Source of the DNA: Eledone cirrhosa
Lineage: Eukaryota
DNA: 64,000 bases
Direction of reading: 5' to 3'
Assembly: GCA_964016885.1 (NCBI GenBank)
Contig: OZ024743.1
Coordinates: 83,824,001-83,888,000 of the forward strand
Under the pieces are notes generated by a model. That model was given only the letters and a program-made list of their open reading frames with translations. It did no database searches and was not told the DNA's origin. The position numbers were made by a program, and so were the translations under genes. This document shows positions 14,101 through 27,352 of this stretch, piece by piece (the stretch's first letter is position 1; the number at the start of each line of letters is the position of its first letter).

Positions 14101-14234
14101 TTATTTTACGATCGTTTCTGGGGGGTAGTCCGCTGTATGTTCATTTAATTATTGATCTATGTAAAACATATTACAAAATATCATAGTGAGAAAAGAATAC
14201 ATACGTCTTCACTACCCGCCGTCTTCAGAAATAA
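14101..14234 (-). ncRNA. Type I hammerhead ribozyme in the PLE pseudo-LTR
   Basis: ttattt-CTGAAGA-(gggtagt..actaccc)-GAAA-CGATCG-TA-aaataa; palindromic stem III ACGATCGT. Confidence 0.8.
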
Positions 14235-14755
14235 TGAGTTTTGTTTATTGAAGAATACAAAAACAAACATACATATGAATAAGTAAGGTTTTATAACCAG
14301 GTTGAAATTGACCATTGTTAAGAATAGAAAGGGCAGTATAAATCCTTAAGGTTGGTGGTAGTAGATGAATAAATAGGCCATCAGTAGATAAGGTATCAAA
14401 TCTCTATTAAGAAAAAAATGAGTTGTTAGTGTAAATGAGTTTAGGCATATTGTATATAAAAGTATTGATGGTCAAAGAAGATTACGGTTGGAGGAGAAGA
14501 GGTACTGAGATTAGTGTGTTACATCAAGTAGAATAGAAAAGAATAATCTTAAAAAGTTAGCTATTTCTTTGTTGTGAGGAATAATTTGTTCTAAAAATAT
14601 ATGATATAAAAAAATATATATATATACAGTTGTATAGTTACTCATGTTTATATATAGGCATACATTTATGCATATACATACACACACAGATATATATATT
14701 CACACACACACCTATACTCACACATTTATTCACCTATATTTTTTTCTATATTTGT

Positions 14756-15320
14756 TTAGTTGTATTTATAATATTTGAATGTCTTTCTAATTTTATGGTT
14801 ACATACTAAAATTAATTCTTGTCTTTTATTTAATAGAGTGTCCTTCGATTTAGTAATTTCAAAAATTTCTTGGGAACATAGTCCGCACTCCCTTCTATTG
14901 CCCTGATAAGAAATAGTCCTCTTAAGAATCTTCCAAATTAGGTTATATTTAATATTCTTCTTTTTACAATTATTAACTGCTTCTGCCAAAGAAGTGGTAT
15001 TTGCTAATTTTGTGTTTCGGAAACTATGGGTGTGTGCATAAAATCTCGATTTAAATTGATTAGAAGTGGATCCTATATAGGATTGATTAGAGTCTTTAGT
15101 GGTGATTACACATTTATATACTATATTATTAATTAAGCAATTTCCATTTAAGGGGCAATTTTCTTTTATTCTACAATTACAACCGTTTGCATATAGGGTT
15201 TCAGATGTGCTATCCATATTCTCAATAATAGTGGTAGTATTTGTGTTTGCCTTTTTATTTGGGAGAGAAGGGTTTACGGTAGGGTGGTTATAATCCGAAT
15301 TGTTGCTAGTAGGTGAAATT
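14756..15320 (-). pseudogene. Penelope GIY-YIG endonuclease, C-terminal fragment
   Basis: CNCR..CPLNGNC..IVYKC..YIGST..FKSR..H..C.LC..E. Confidence 0.85.
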
Positions 15321-15514
15321 TTACTTTTCTCACTATGATATTTTGTAATATGTTTTACATAGATCAATAATTAAATGAACATGCAGAGGACTACCCCCCA
15401 GAAACGATCGTAAAATAATGTGTTTTACTATGAATTAACAGTTTTGTGTTTAATTTCATTGTTTTAATATTTCTAAATATATATATATACATATATAACC
15501 CGTAAGTACATAGA

Positions 15515-15561
<47 letters not shown>

Positions 15562-15590
15562 CATGGTTATATATATATATACATACATGG

Positions 15591-15674
<84 letters not shown>

Positions 15675-15768
15675 CCAGTATATGTACATTGACCATATAT
15701 ATATATATATGTAATACATACACATATATACATACTATGTATATATATGTATTTATATATCTGTATAA

Positions 15769-15972
<204 letters not shown>

Positions 15973-16291
15973 TAATCAGACACACATGGCTTTCACTAAG
16001 TATATTCGTCTAATCGAGATGTATAAATACCAAGAGTGTTCTACAACTAATAAAATATTTGTTTGGGTTATGATCACTGTCTATAGACATTTCAGACGGC
16101 AATAACTTCAAGTTCTGCACACCGGAGAGCTTTCTCCCACATTTTCCACGTATATATCATTGTGGTGGTGATGATGTTGGTCGTGGTTTATGTACATACT
16201 GGGTGAGTTAAGGGTTGGGATATATGGATGATGTCAGAGGTAGGGATTTTGGAGGGATGTCTTAACTCTAATATAGACATTTAGTTCTTGA

Positions 16292-17204
16292 TTAGCAGAA
16301 TGGCCCGGCGTTGCTCGGGATTCTAAACATAGATTGGCATGTTTATCCTTCCTTTCTGAAACAGTTTCGTCGTATGTTCACCAATTGATGCAGAAGTCCT
16401 AATAAAAAGTTAAGTCGCCTTGGGTGAATAGGCAAATAATTTTCCATTAACATTTTTCAAAAGCATGTAATTGCGTTCCCTCTCTTTTTTGTTGTTGTTG
16501 CTGCTGTTGGTGTGATAGCAGCCGTTGGTCGTACTACTAACACAGTCTCGTCCTTCTTCAGCCAATCGTGTATATCCCTTTCTGCCTCGTCAGTAATGAG
16601 AACAATATTTGCTCTAGGGTTCTCATATATTTGATATATATTTATCCTTATCGAGCCTCGTGAAATAAACACGTTTGTTTATATTTTGTTATTGTGTATG
16701 CAAAAATATCTGTACACGAATATATATATATATATTAAAATAACAGATTAAAGTTTAAGCGAAGAACCGCTGCTTTCACCCTTAACGGGATCTTCTGAAA
16801 CTAAAAAAAATCAATCTGTGAACGCAGAAGTAAATATTTCGAAGAACATTACGCACTATATATATATATACACACACTATATATACATATATACACACAC
16901 ACACAGATTATGTCATAATGTCGTAATGCAGACAGTCAGACATACAGACAGATATTATAAGGGCGCGACGTTATAGCTATGTATCTATCTAAAAAGACAC
17001 ACTAAGAAAGACAGAGATGTCGCTAACCGGCACCTAATGCGGTCCCTAGGGCATTGAAAAATTAAAAATATTTTTTGCTCAAAACACTCACAGGATCATA
17101 AGTATTACATGTGTAAAGTTTGAAAAAAGTCGGTTGGGTGGTTCTCGTGTTTTAGGGAGTTAGACAGACAGATAGATAGACATTCTCTGTTTTAGATATA
17201 TAGA
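16292..17204 (-). mobile_element. Non-autonomous Helitron-like element
   Basis: Minus strand A|TCtatatatctaaaa start; 3' hairpin cccgagcaacgccggg then CTAA|T; partial second copy at 37886-38190. Confidence 0.65.
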
Positions 17205-17440
17205 TTGGCTCAGCTTTTATGAATGTAATTTTTACGAGTTTGGAATCCGATGGTTTTGTCCACTCGATGATTTGTTTATTGTTGGCTTTGTTTTCACATA
17301 GGGCATTCGATGACTGCTTGGATTTTGTTCTATATATATATATGTATATAGTGTATATATGTATATGTATAGGTGTATGTATATTTAGGGTAGTTATCGA
17401 AGGTGAATTGACTGGTTGGAGCAATAACGGTCTTGTTTAC

Positions 17441-17483
<43 letters not shown>

Positions 17484-17491
17484 AGAGAGAG

Positions 17492-17587
<96 letters not shown>

Positions 17588-17596
17588 CGCGTGGCA

Positions 17597-17712
17597 CTGA
17601 GTTCAAATCCCGCCGAGGTTAACTTTGCTTTTCATCCTTACGGGGTCGATAAAATAAAGTACCAGTATACACTGGATAATTGCTGGCCTTGTGCCAAAAG
17701 TAGAAACAATTA
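17597..17712 (+). mobile_element. 5'-truncated Meta-like SINE
   Basis: gagttcaaatcccgccgagg...agtagaaacaattat. Confidence 0.75.
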
Positions 17713-17729
17713 TGGTTAGGGCATATCCA

Positions 17730-18560
17730 ACAAATGGATATGTCCAATATTTGAGTGAAACCAGATGAATATATCCAAAGGTTGAATGGCAACAGGTGAG
17801 TCTGTCTCTAGGATGAAAGACAGCAGATTTTTATATGCAAACTTTGGTTGATAATAAATGGGCGTGTTGTGAGGATGCATGTGTAGAGCTAGGCGCATGC
17901 AAAGGGTGTGTAACAATAGATGGGCGTGTCCAAGGGATTGTGACAAGAGATGGGCGTATCTAAAGGATGTATTACAACAGGTGGATGTGTCCGTGTGATG
18001 CATGACAACAGCTAGGCGAGTCCAAAGGATGTGTTTCAAGAGATGGGCGTATCCAGGTGATATATGACAACAGATGGGCATGCCCAGAGAATGAAAGACA
18101 ACAGACCATTACCTCCAAAAGTTGGTTAACAACAAATGGACGTGCGAGAGGATGGATGACAACAGCTATGCATGTCCAAATGATGTATGACAACAGCTAG
18201 GCGTGTCCAAATGATGTATGACAACAGATGGGCGTGTCGATGGGATGTAGGACAACGGATGGGCGTGCCCATGTGATGTATGACAACAGATGGGTGTGTC
18301 AAGAGGATGATAGACACTATATTTTTATATCCAAACGTTGGTTGACAATAAACAGTCGAGAGGATGCATGACAACAGCCAGACATGTCCAAATGATGTAT
18401 GACAACAGATGGACGTGTCGATGAGATGTAGGACAGCAGTTGGGTGTGTCCAGAAACTGAATGACCACATCTGGTCTCATCTAGAGGACGATTAACAACA
18501 TTTTAGCGTATCCACAGGACGAGTGACATCAGCTAAGCGTGTCAAAAGGATGTATTTTAG
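17730..18560 (+). repeat. Degenerate ~30-bp minisatellite
   Basis: Recurrent gacaacagatgggcgtgtccaaaggatgtat. Confidence 0.8.
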
Positions 18561-18798
18561 ACACACCCAGTAACAAGAGACAGACAAATGACGGGCAAAA
18601 ATATGGAGAACGACAACGAACAACATGGAGGGAAGACTTTGGTAGATTTGACAAAAATTCGAGATTGAACATACAAAGATGATTTCATTAATTGATTTAC
18701 ACACTCACACACACATACACACACACATATGCACACACATATACATACACATATATATTTCTTTATATATATATATTTATATATATATATTATGCAAA

Positions 18799-19010
18799 TT
18801 TTATTAACGGTAAATAGTGAGTCTTTTTACTCTGGAGTTTCGCCGTTTACCACAGGGTCATTAGACAAAAGCATGCTGTGTTCTTGTCTGATGACCCTGT
18901 GAACAAGCGAAACTCCAGAGTAATACGACTCACATTTAGCTGTAATAAAAAGAATATTAAACGGGTACTTCGGTATTAAGTACTCCTGCCTCTCAGCCGT
19001 CAACTATATA
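18799..19010 (+). mobile_element. PLE-like 3' end with HHR (18882-18928) and diverged inverted copy
   Basis: tcttgt-CTGATGA..GAAA-ctccagag-TA-atacga; inverse at 18799-18869; flanked by TA tracts. Confidence 0.6.
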
Positions 19011-19038
19011 CAGATATATATATAAATATATATATATA

Positions 19039-19116
<78 letters not shown>

Positions 19117-19169
19117 GGATTCTTTCTCACGTCGTGTAGACGCGTTCTTAACACTAGTAAAATGAGGTA

Positions 19170-19259
19170 TCCTCTTGATAAGTCGGCAGACCTCGCAAGG
19201 ACTCTATATCTTTATGATATATTGTTTTTGTTTATGCTACGAAACTACGTAGTCGAGGA
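19170..19259 (+). ncRNA. Hammerhead ribozyme, U3-A8 core variant (copy 1)
   Basis: tcctc-TTGATAA-gt(c)ggca..tgctac-GAAA-CTACGTAG-TC-gagga. Confidence 0.7.
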
Positions 19260-19764
19260 ATTTAGAAGCAGTTTAGGTATGATACATTTTATTACTAATT
19301 ATATCTAAATGTTTCTTCTCTCTTCATAATGTATGTTTAACTCTGATACTGGTTCAGTCTAGTTCAACTGGATAGGTCTGTCCCAGTCATTCATTGAGCA
19401 ACATCGGTGAAGTTGGCACCCTTAACTCACAGTTGGGTGCGGATGCATTCATGTATATATGTGTGTGTACGCATGTATCTGTGTGTTTCTAAATATATTG
19501 TTAATGACTCCCTCTGGTCGAGCAATCTTTGAAGTGTGAGGACAGCTGGAAAGCTTCCATTACTCATACTTCTCGCCTCCTACACCACCTCTTCTACGGC
19601 CTCGATATAAATAACCCCTCCGCCTCCGTGGTATTTTCTTCGGGGTTATAAGAGGCTTAGCTCTGTTTCTCGACCGTTATATCGCGTGACTATCTCCCCC
19701 TCCGCCTTTTGGGATTCTTTCTCACGTCGTGTAGACGCGTTCTTGACACTAGTAAAATGAGGTA

Positions 19765-19854
19765 TCCTCTTGATAAATCGGCAGACCTCGCAAGGACTCT
19801 ATATCTTTATGATATATTGTTTTTGTTTATGCCACGAAACTACGTAGTCGAGGA
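19765..19854 (+). ncRNA. Hammerhead ribozyme, U3-A8 core variant (copy 2)
   Basis: tcctc-TTGATAA-atcggca..tgccac-GAAA-CTACGTAG-TC-gagga. Confidence 0.65.
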
Positions 19855-19926
19855 ATTTAGAAGCAGTTTAGGTATGATACATTTTATTACTAATTATATC
19901 TAAATGTTTCTTCTCTCTTCATAATG

Positions 19927-19989
<63 letters not shown>

Positions 19990-20023
19990 TATTTTGCAAC
20001 ACACTGTATGCTTAATTAAAAGC

Positions 20024-20066
20024 ATTTTGATAAGTACCAAAAAGTACGAAACAGAGCTCTGTCAGT
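20024..20066 (+). ncRNA. Hammerhead motif with TTGATAA core and weak stem I
   Basis: TTGATAA-gtac-caaaaa-gtac-GAAA-CAGAGCTCTG-TC-agt; lies between 30-bp inverted repeats (20001-20030 and 20138-20167). Confidence 0.55.
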
Positions 20067-20211
20067 TTATCTCCCCTGTTTGCTGAAAATTTAAATAAGT
20101 GACATTATCACTATTTTAAAACAATAGCGTATGGTCTTCAAAATGCTTTTAATTAAGCATACAGTGTAAGTATTCGTGGTCCGATGCGTTTGATCCAAAG
20201 TGCTTCCTTGG

Positions 20212-20327
<116 letters not shown>

Positions 20328-20372
20328 ATATATATGTATATATGAAATTCCTTCAAATATTTATTTCTGCAA

Positions 20373-20428
20373 ACACTATGTATTTCAGTGGCCGGGTTAC
20401 GTAAGATCTTGGTGACATCATCAGGTGT
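20373..20428 (-). ncRNA. Degenerate hammerhead motif
   Basis: acac-CTGATGA..GAAA-tac-ATA-gtgt; stem II pairs poorly. Confidence 0.45.
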
Positions 20429-21647
20429 ATATTGCATAATAGTTATATAATAAAGGAATAATGGTAAACACAATCCAAGTGGCTATAAGGAGAGAAAGCA
20501 GATAAAAAAAGAGAATAAGTTTTTGACTCGAAGGCGACCAAGAGGGCCAGGTGTTGTCAGTTTAGCCGACCGCCTCGGGGGCCCCCGTACTGCAGAGCTC
20601 CTCCGCAAGATCGGAACGTCGGCGGACCGTATGAGGAAGGAGCCCACTAGGTGGGGTGGCTGTTGCAGCGGGTGTCGAAACGAAGCGGAAACACCAAGCG
20701 TCTTAACACAACAAAAACAGATGGCGTTACGAACTTCCGGGAACTTTTGAAAGGAATGTGTGTGAGCACACTCAACGCTCCACCATCAGTACTGTAGCCC
20801 CAGGAAACCGCCGTCCCTAGGTGTTTCCTCTTCAACTGAACCAATATTTCTATCAACACCATCTTCCTTAGCAAAGGTCCCAGGGTGGTAATTAACGCTT
20901 TAGGTGGAATGAATAATTGGCATTGTTTTTCCTTATTTGGTATGCTGTTGTTTTTCTTGTTGTTGTTGTGGTGGTGGTGGAGGAGGAGATGATATTATTG
21001 CTATTGTTTTTGTTATTCCTGTTGTTGAGGATGATGATAATGATGGTGGTGATTGTAGTAGTGTTGGTGGTGATGGCGGTGGCGGTGGTGGTGGTGGTGG
21101 CGATGGTGGTGGTGGTTTTTGTTGTTGCGGTAGTGGTGGTGGTTTTTGTTGTTGTTGTTGTGGTGGTGGTGGTGTTGGTGGCATGGAGGTAATAATTGTG
21201 GTGAAGTTGGTAGTGGTGGGGTGATGCTGTTACTGTTTCTATTGTAGTTGTAGGAATGATTGCAGTAGTTGCTATTTATATTTGTGGTGCTGGTGGTGGT
21301 ATTGTTGTTGTTGTTGTTTATGTTGTTGTTTATAGTCTCTGATATAATTGTTGTTGTTGTTGTCTATATGGTTTCTATTAATGTTATGGTCCAATGTGTC
21401 TCTTTCTTTCTCTGGGGTAAATATTTCTATGCTGTGCTTTGGTGGCTGCGAAAATTTACACACACACACACACACATACACACACACATACACACACATA
21501 CACACACACACAATACACACACACAACACACACACGCAACACTCGCCTACACACACATGTACACACACTCACAGACACAAACACACGCACAGATTCCGGT
21601 TGAATCAAACAGGGAATTAATTCTGTAAAATGAGCAATGAATAATAT

Positions 21648-21794
<147 letters not shown>

Positions 21795-22370
21795 GGTGAT
21801 CACTAAAGTAAAAATAAATTCGGTGCCTTTCGTAATGTCTCTCTGTATATGTATGCATGTATATATATATATATACAAAGTGTTAAAACGATCAAATTTT
21901 AGTTTAGAACATTTATTTGCTGACAGTTGTTTCTTCCAGGGGGAAGTCTGGATTCATCGGAGCATATGGAATGTCGAAACATGTGACTAAAATCCTAGTC
22001 ATTTAGAACATTTAGGGTACATAATTGTTGTTAGTGTCATAGGCATCATGTGGAGAGTCAAGAGTTAAACAGATGTTCTGCTTGAGAGAACAGAATTACA
22101 GGCAGCACTGGTTGAAAGTGTAGGAGGTAAAAGCGTCAAGTACAAGCAGAAAAATACAGGCAAAAAAGTTATAAGAATGGAAAATTGGTGTACAATGCAG
22201 GAGTCAATACAGTCAATAAGGCATGTATGAGGAAAGAGTTATAATGCAGTTGAAATAAACATATTTTGTGTGGGGTGTTAAATCATGTTATAATTGTTAG
22301 AAATGTTTAAGATAGTGTGCAATTTGTTAGAGAGGCATGTGGTGATAATGTTGGTATTTGTTATGTGAGG

Positions 22371-22472
22371 TGTGATGCAAAGCACATGATAGAGTTGGAT
22401 AGATGATTTTCATTTATATATATGTATATACATATATATAGGGGTGAACTTACAGTAACTTCACGTTACATT

Positions 22473-22552
<80 letters not shown>

Positions 22553-22704
22553 AATGTAACGTGAAGTTACTGTAAGTTCACCCCTATATATATGTATATA
22601 CATATATATAAATGAAAATCATCTATCCAACTCTATCATGTGCTTTGCATCACACATTATTTGTTTCGACACACGATTTGATATCAAAAGCCTTGCAAAA
22701 CAAA

Positions 22705-22768
<64 letters not shown>

Positions 22769-22819
22769 TTTCTTTTGCAAGGCTTTTGATATCAAATCGT
22801 GTGTCGAAACAAATAATGT
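22371..22819. repeat. Two abutting (TA)n-centred palindromes
   Basis: Arms 22371-22475/22549-22654 (perfect) and 22654-22709/22765-22819 (one mismatch). Confidence 0.9.
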
Positions 22820-23200
22820 TATACTTGGGAAGGGGCATATTGTTATAATATTACCAGAAATAATAACAGAACACACTCACTGTTTGGTTGCTTTTCGCTT
22901 TTGTATCTTTTATATCAACATAGTTAATTTATTTGGCAATCAATGTTCATCATTGATTGACTAGCGGTTAAAGATACAGATATAAATATATATATAGTCT
23001 ATCAAAGTTCTTTCGTTGCACATCTGCAACATCATCCGTGGTACTATTAACAAAAACACATGCACTCAAACGCGAACACACACACCAAACATTATACACA
23101 CATGAAAACGCATGCGCAGAGACAGAGACATACAATACAACAGGAGGAAACATAATAGTACCACTGATGATGTTGCAGGTGTGCAACGAAAGAAATTTGT
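22765..23200 (-). mobile_element. PLE-like pseudo-LTR family with mutated HHR and inverted HHR copy
   Basis: Relative of 43140-43790; CTGATGA-t-gttgca..tgcaac-GAAA at about 23164-23191 on the plus strand. Confidence 0.6.
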
Positions 23201-23446
23201 TTGCAATTTTCAACTGACAGTTGAAAATTGCAAACTTGACTGTCACCACAGAAAATGAACCTGAAGATTGCGAAAGCATGAAAGTAGTTGTTCAATTAAC
23301 ACTTAACATTTAATATTCTACCATACTATTTCATTCTAATACCATTATAAATGTTAAAGGATTGTAAATAAAACGAGTAAATCAGACAAAGTTGGAATTC
23401 CTTTTATTAATATAATCTTCTATACACAATCATACGCACCCGTGTA

Positions 23447-23518
<72 letters not shown>

Positions 23519-23523
<5 letters not shown>

Positions 23524-23762
23524 ATACTTTGGGAGGGTCATGTTGCCAATAAGAAACACACGCACCAGTTGCTTTCACTTCAATTTATTATAATAAATTT
23601 ATAAATTTAGGAATTTATAAATTTTCGGTTGGTTGGTTTCACAACCAGATGGTTGTTTATATATTGTCAAAGTTCTTTCGTCACACATTCTGTGACCTCT
23701 TCAGTGACTGGGGATTCTTTTCTTTGTTTTTGTGCCTCCCCTTTGTTCTGTCCTACGCCATC
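23519..23762 (-). mobile_element. PLE-like pseudo-LTR with HHR (23666-23708)
   Basis: gtca-CTGAAGA-g-gtcaca..tgtgac-GAAA-gaac-TT-tgac; same family as 38995-39418; abuts (TA)n. Confidence 0.7.
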
Positions 23763-26486
23763 AAGATGGGTTTGGTACTAGAAATGAGGAAGGCTCCAGA
23801 ATCCTGGAATTCTGTGACGCAAATAATCTAACTATCTGTAACACAAACTTCAAAAAACGAGACAATCACTTGATCACCTATAGATCAGGAGAACACGCCA
23901 GTCAGATAGATTATATCCTTACCAGAAGACGAGACAGAGTGTCTGTTGTAAACACTAAATTCCTCCCCCATGAAGAATGCACCTCCCAACATAGCCTCAT
24001 AGTTAGCGACCTCATAGTCAGGACGAGACGAATTCGACAACAGAGGAGGACTATCCTTAGGAGGAAAATATGGAAGTTAAAGGACCCCACGACCAGTAAT
24101 AAATTTAAAAACATATTACTTGATGCTTTTGACAGTAAGGAAGAGCAATTAGAGTCGTACAATATAGAGGAAGAGTGGGAATTCCTGAAAGCTAACCTGC
24201 TGAAGGCGACAGATGAAATCTGTGGCTGGAGCAGACCTATAGGCAGGAGGAGAGTAACGTGGTGGTGGAACAGTAAGGTGGAGGAGTCGATCAAGGCCAA
24301 AAAGCAGGCTTGGAAAGTATTACGGGATGGGGGAAGTAGAGAAGACTATCAAGTGGCCAGGAGGGAAGCTAGGAGACAAGTGTACTTCGCAAGAAGGGAA
24401 GCAGAGGAAAGAAAGTTCAAGCATGTTCTAAAACGCGAGGACCAAAAATGTGAGGTGTTCAGGATTGCTAGACAATGTGTCAAGGAGAACCGTGATATTG
24501 TCGGGGAGAAGTGTGTCCGTAATGATGATGGTGTACTGGCCATCACTGACGCTGATAAGAAGGTAGCTTGGAAGTGTCACTACGAAAGGCTACTAAATGA
24601 GGAGAATAAATGGAAGAAAGACAGCCTCCCCCACATCGATCCAATAGAGGGACCAGCAGTGCAAGTTGAAGGTAGTATAATAACTAAGGCAATCAAAGAT
24701 ATGAACAAGGACAAGGCGGCTGGGCCTTCGGAAATAGTTGCTGAAATGCTGAAAGCATCTGGAACGGTGGGACACACTATGGTCACCCGGATAGTAAACC
24801 AAGTTATACAGAATGGTCGTACCAAAGGATTGACGTAGTAGCAGCATCATTAACTGCTGCAAGGGTAAAGGAGACGCCCTAGATAGAGGAAACTATAGAG
24901 GTATTAAATTAATTGACCAGCTCATGAAGGTTACAGAAAAAGTAATAGCGCAACTAATCAGAGAGCGAATTAATCTAGATGAAATGCAGTTCGGGTTTGT
25001 GTCAGGTAAAAGTACCACAGACGCTCTTTTCATTGTATGACAACTACAGGAGAAGTACCTAGCTAAAAGTAAACCCCTATACTTAGCTTTTGTTGACTTG
25101 GAGAAAGCCTTTGACAGAGTCCCTCGCTCTATTATCTGGTGAGCTCTTAGAAAACTAGGTGTAGATGAATGGCTTGTGGAGCTATACAAGCCATGTATAA
25201 AGAAACAGTCAGCAAGGTTAGAATTAACAACGAATATAGTGAAGAGTTTAGCGTAAAAGTTGGTGTTCATCAGGGCTCCGTCCTTAGCCCCGTCCTATTT
25301 ATTATCGCCCTCCAAGCAATAACGGAGGAGTTCAAGACCGGCTGCCCATGGGAACTTCTATACGCAGATGATCTAACGCTCATAGCCGAATCAATGGCTG
25401 AACTAGAGAAGAAATTCCAAAAATGGAAGCATGGCTTAGAATCAAAAGGCCTGGTGCAATAAGTAGCAGCAAATATATCCACAGAATACTAGCTCATTCC
25501 ATTGCCCAGATGGTTCTATAGAAATAGTGGACACCTTCCGTTACCTGGGTGACAAAATCAGCAGTGGTGGAGGGTGCTCTGAAAGTACTGTAGCTAGAGT
25601 CCGAACGGGATGGAAAAAGTTCAGAGAGCTTATACCACTATTGGCCGCTAAAGGTTTCTCTGTAAAAATAAAAGGCAGGCTGTATGATGCCTGCATACGA
25701 ACGGCGATGTTACATGGCAGTGAGACATGTGCATTGTGTGCAGAGGATCTACGCAGACTGGAGAGGAACAAAGCTTGCATGCTCCGTTGGATGTGTAATA
25801 GTAATATACGCGAACGGCAAAGCATAAATGAACTAAGTGAGAAATTTGGAATAAGAGAGATCAGATGCTGTTTACTCTAGAGAAGACTACGTTGGTACGG
25901 TCACGTGATGCGCATGAAAGATGATAGCTGTATAAAAAAGTGCAGGGCGATCAAAATAGACGGTAGCTATGGAGTAAGCAGACCGAGAAAAACCTGGGAC
26001 GACTTGATAAAATCCGACCTTACACACTTACACCTCTCCAAGACAATGTCACTGGACCGAGATCTTTGGTGCTACGCAGTAATGCAGAAAACCCGCCATG
26101 CCTAAGTAAAAAGCGAAACCTACAGTCAGTAGGCACCTCTTAACCAAAATACACCCCCGTCCCAACCCTACCCCACCGCCATCTACACCACCCCTTCCAA
26201 CGTAAAGTTATGTTGGTACCACAACATCCAGTCCTAAATAAATGAGGTCGTGTAGGGGTCACAACAAAAAAGCACACAGTCCACGCTGTAATGTGGCCGT
26301 GTAGGTAACACGGTAAAAACCTCCCAGTACGCACTGTAAACGTGGTTGGTGTTAGGAAGAGCATCCAGCCGTAGAAAACCCGCCAGACAGTCCTGAGCAA
26401 GACAACCAATCTTGCCTCAAGTGGGACAATTCCCGTCCAGACCCATGCTAGCGTGGAAAATGGACGTTAAACGATGATGATGATGA

Positions 26487-26490
<4 letters not shown>
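23757..26490 (+). mobile_element. 5'-truncated RTE-clade LINE with disrupted APE-RT
   Basis: GFGTRNEEG..SQIDYIL, WWWN, FVDLEKAFD, GVHQGSVLSP, LLYADD, FRYLG; tail ggacgttaaac(gat)n; stops and frameshifts. Confidence 0.9.
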
Positions 26491-26533
<43 letters not shown>

Positions 26534-26629
26534 CAGCGGCCGACTGGCCATGTCAGTACTTTAGGGGCCAATGCAAAAATTTGGTTTCCCAGAAAATATC
26601 AGAAAATGTGTGTATGTGTGTGTATGTGT

Positions 26630-26767
<138 letters not shown>

Positions 26768-27251
26768 TCACTCTTTAGGTGAGGAGGTAGGTATTGGCCA
26801 CTCTGTGGGATGAAAAACAAAACCCGTCAAAGGGCGGAGAAGCTCAGGGGAGTTAATGGCCATCTAAAAGAGCATTTTTGTTTCTATGTGTAGCGAGAGA
26901 CTCCTAGTCTTCATTAAGACATCTCTCTAGGAGAAGGTCACTCTGATATAAAACCTGTGACTTCGTTTGTATCCAATGATGAAGACTAATTCTTTTGGGC
27001 AAAAGGCATTCAATGTTCAGAGAGTGGGATTGGCTCAATGCAAAGCCTTTCCTCACTTAAAAAAGCTTAAGCACAGGCATTGCTTGATATGTGACATTTA
27101 TTGAAATGCATGGCATTGTTGGCCATAGGCAAGTCCCTAGCAGGATTAAAAGCCACATCTGTGATGTTCATGCTTAAGTATCAAGTGATGGTAATACTCG
27201 AAATCGACTTGCAGCCATCATCATCATCATGTATATACATATATATATGCT

Positions 27252-27282
<31 letters not shown>

Positions 27283-27321
27283 GTGTGTATGTATGTGTGT
27301 GTGTGTGTATGTGTGTGTATG

Positions 27322-27352
<31 letters not shown>

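Larger units (their letters stand above)
14044..15475 (-). mobile_element. 5'-truncated Penelope-like element with inverted pseudo-LTR
   Basis: GIY-YIG ORF, downstream HHR, and 15324-15475 is the inverse of 14044-14195. Confidence 0.85.
19114..19927 (+). mobile_element. Retrozyme-like cassette: ~215-bp direct repeats each holding an HHR, 595-bp period
   Basis: 19114-19330 is about equal to 19709-19927; (TA)n on both sides; no protein homology seen. Confidence 0.75.

Noticed and set aside
19114-19308. Duplicated 64-aa ORF (also 19709-19903), and similar ORFs repeated at 45724-47384
   Set aside because: Short, mostly non-ATG starts with no protein motifs; duplicated only because the underlying non-coding repeat is.
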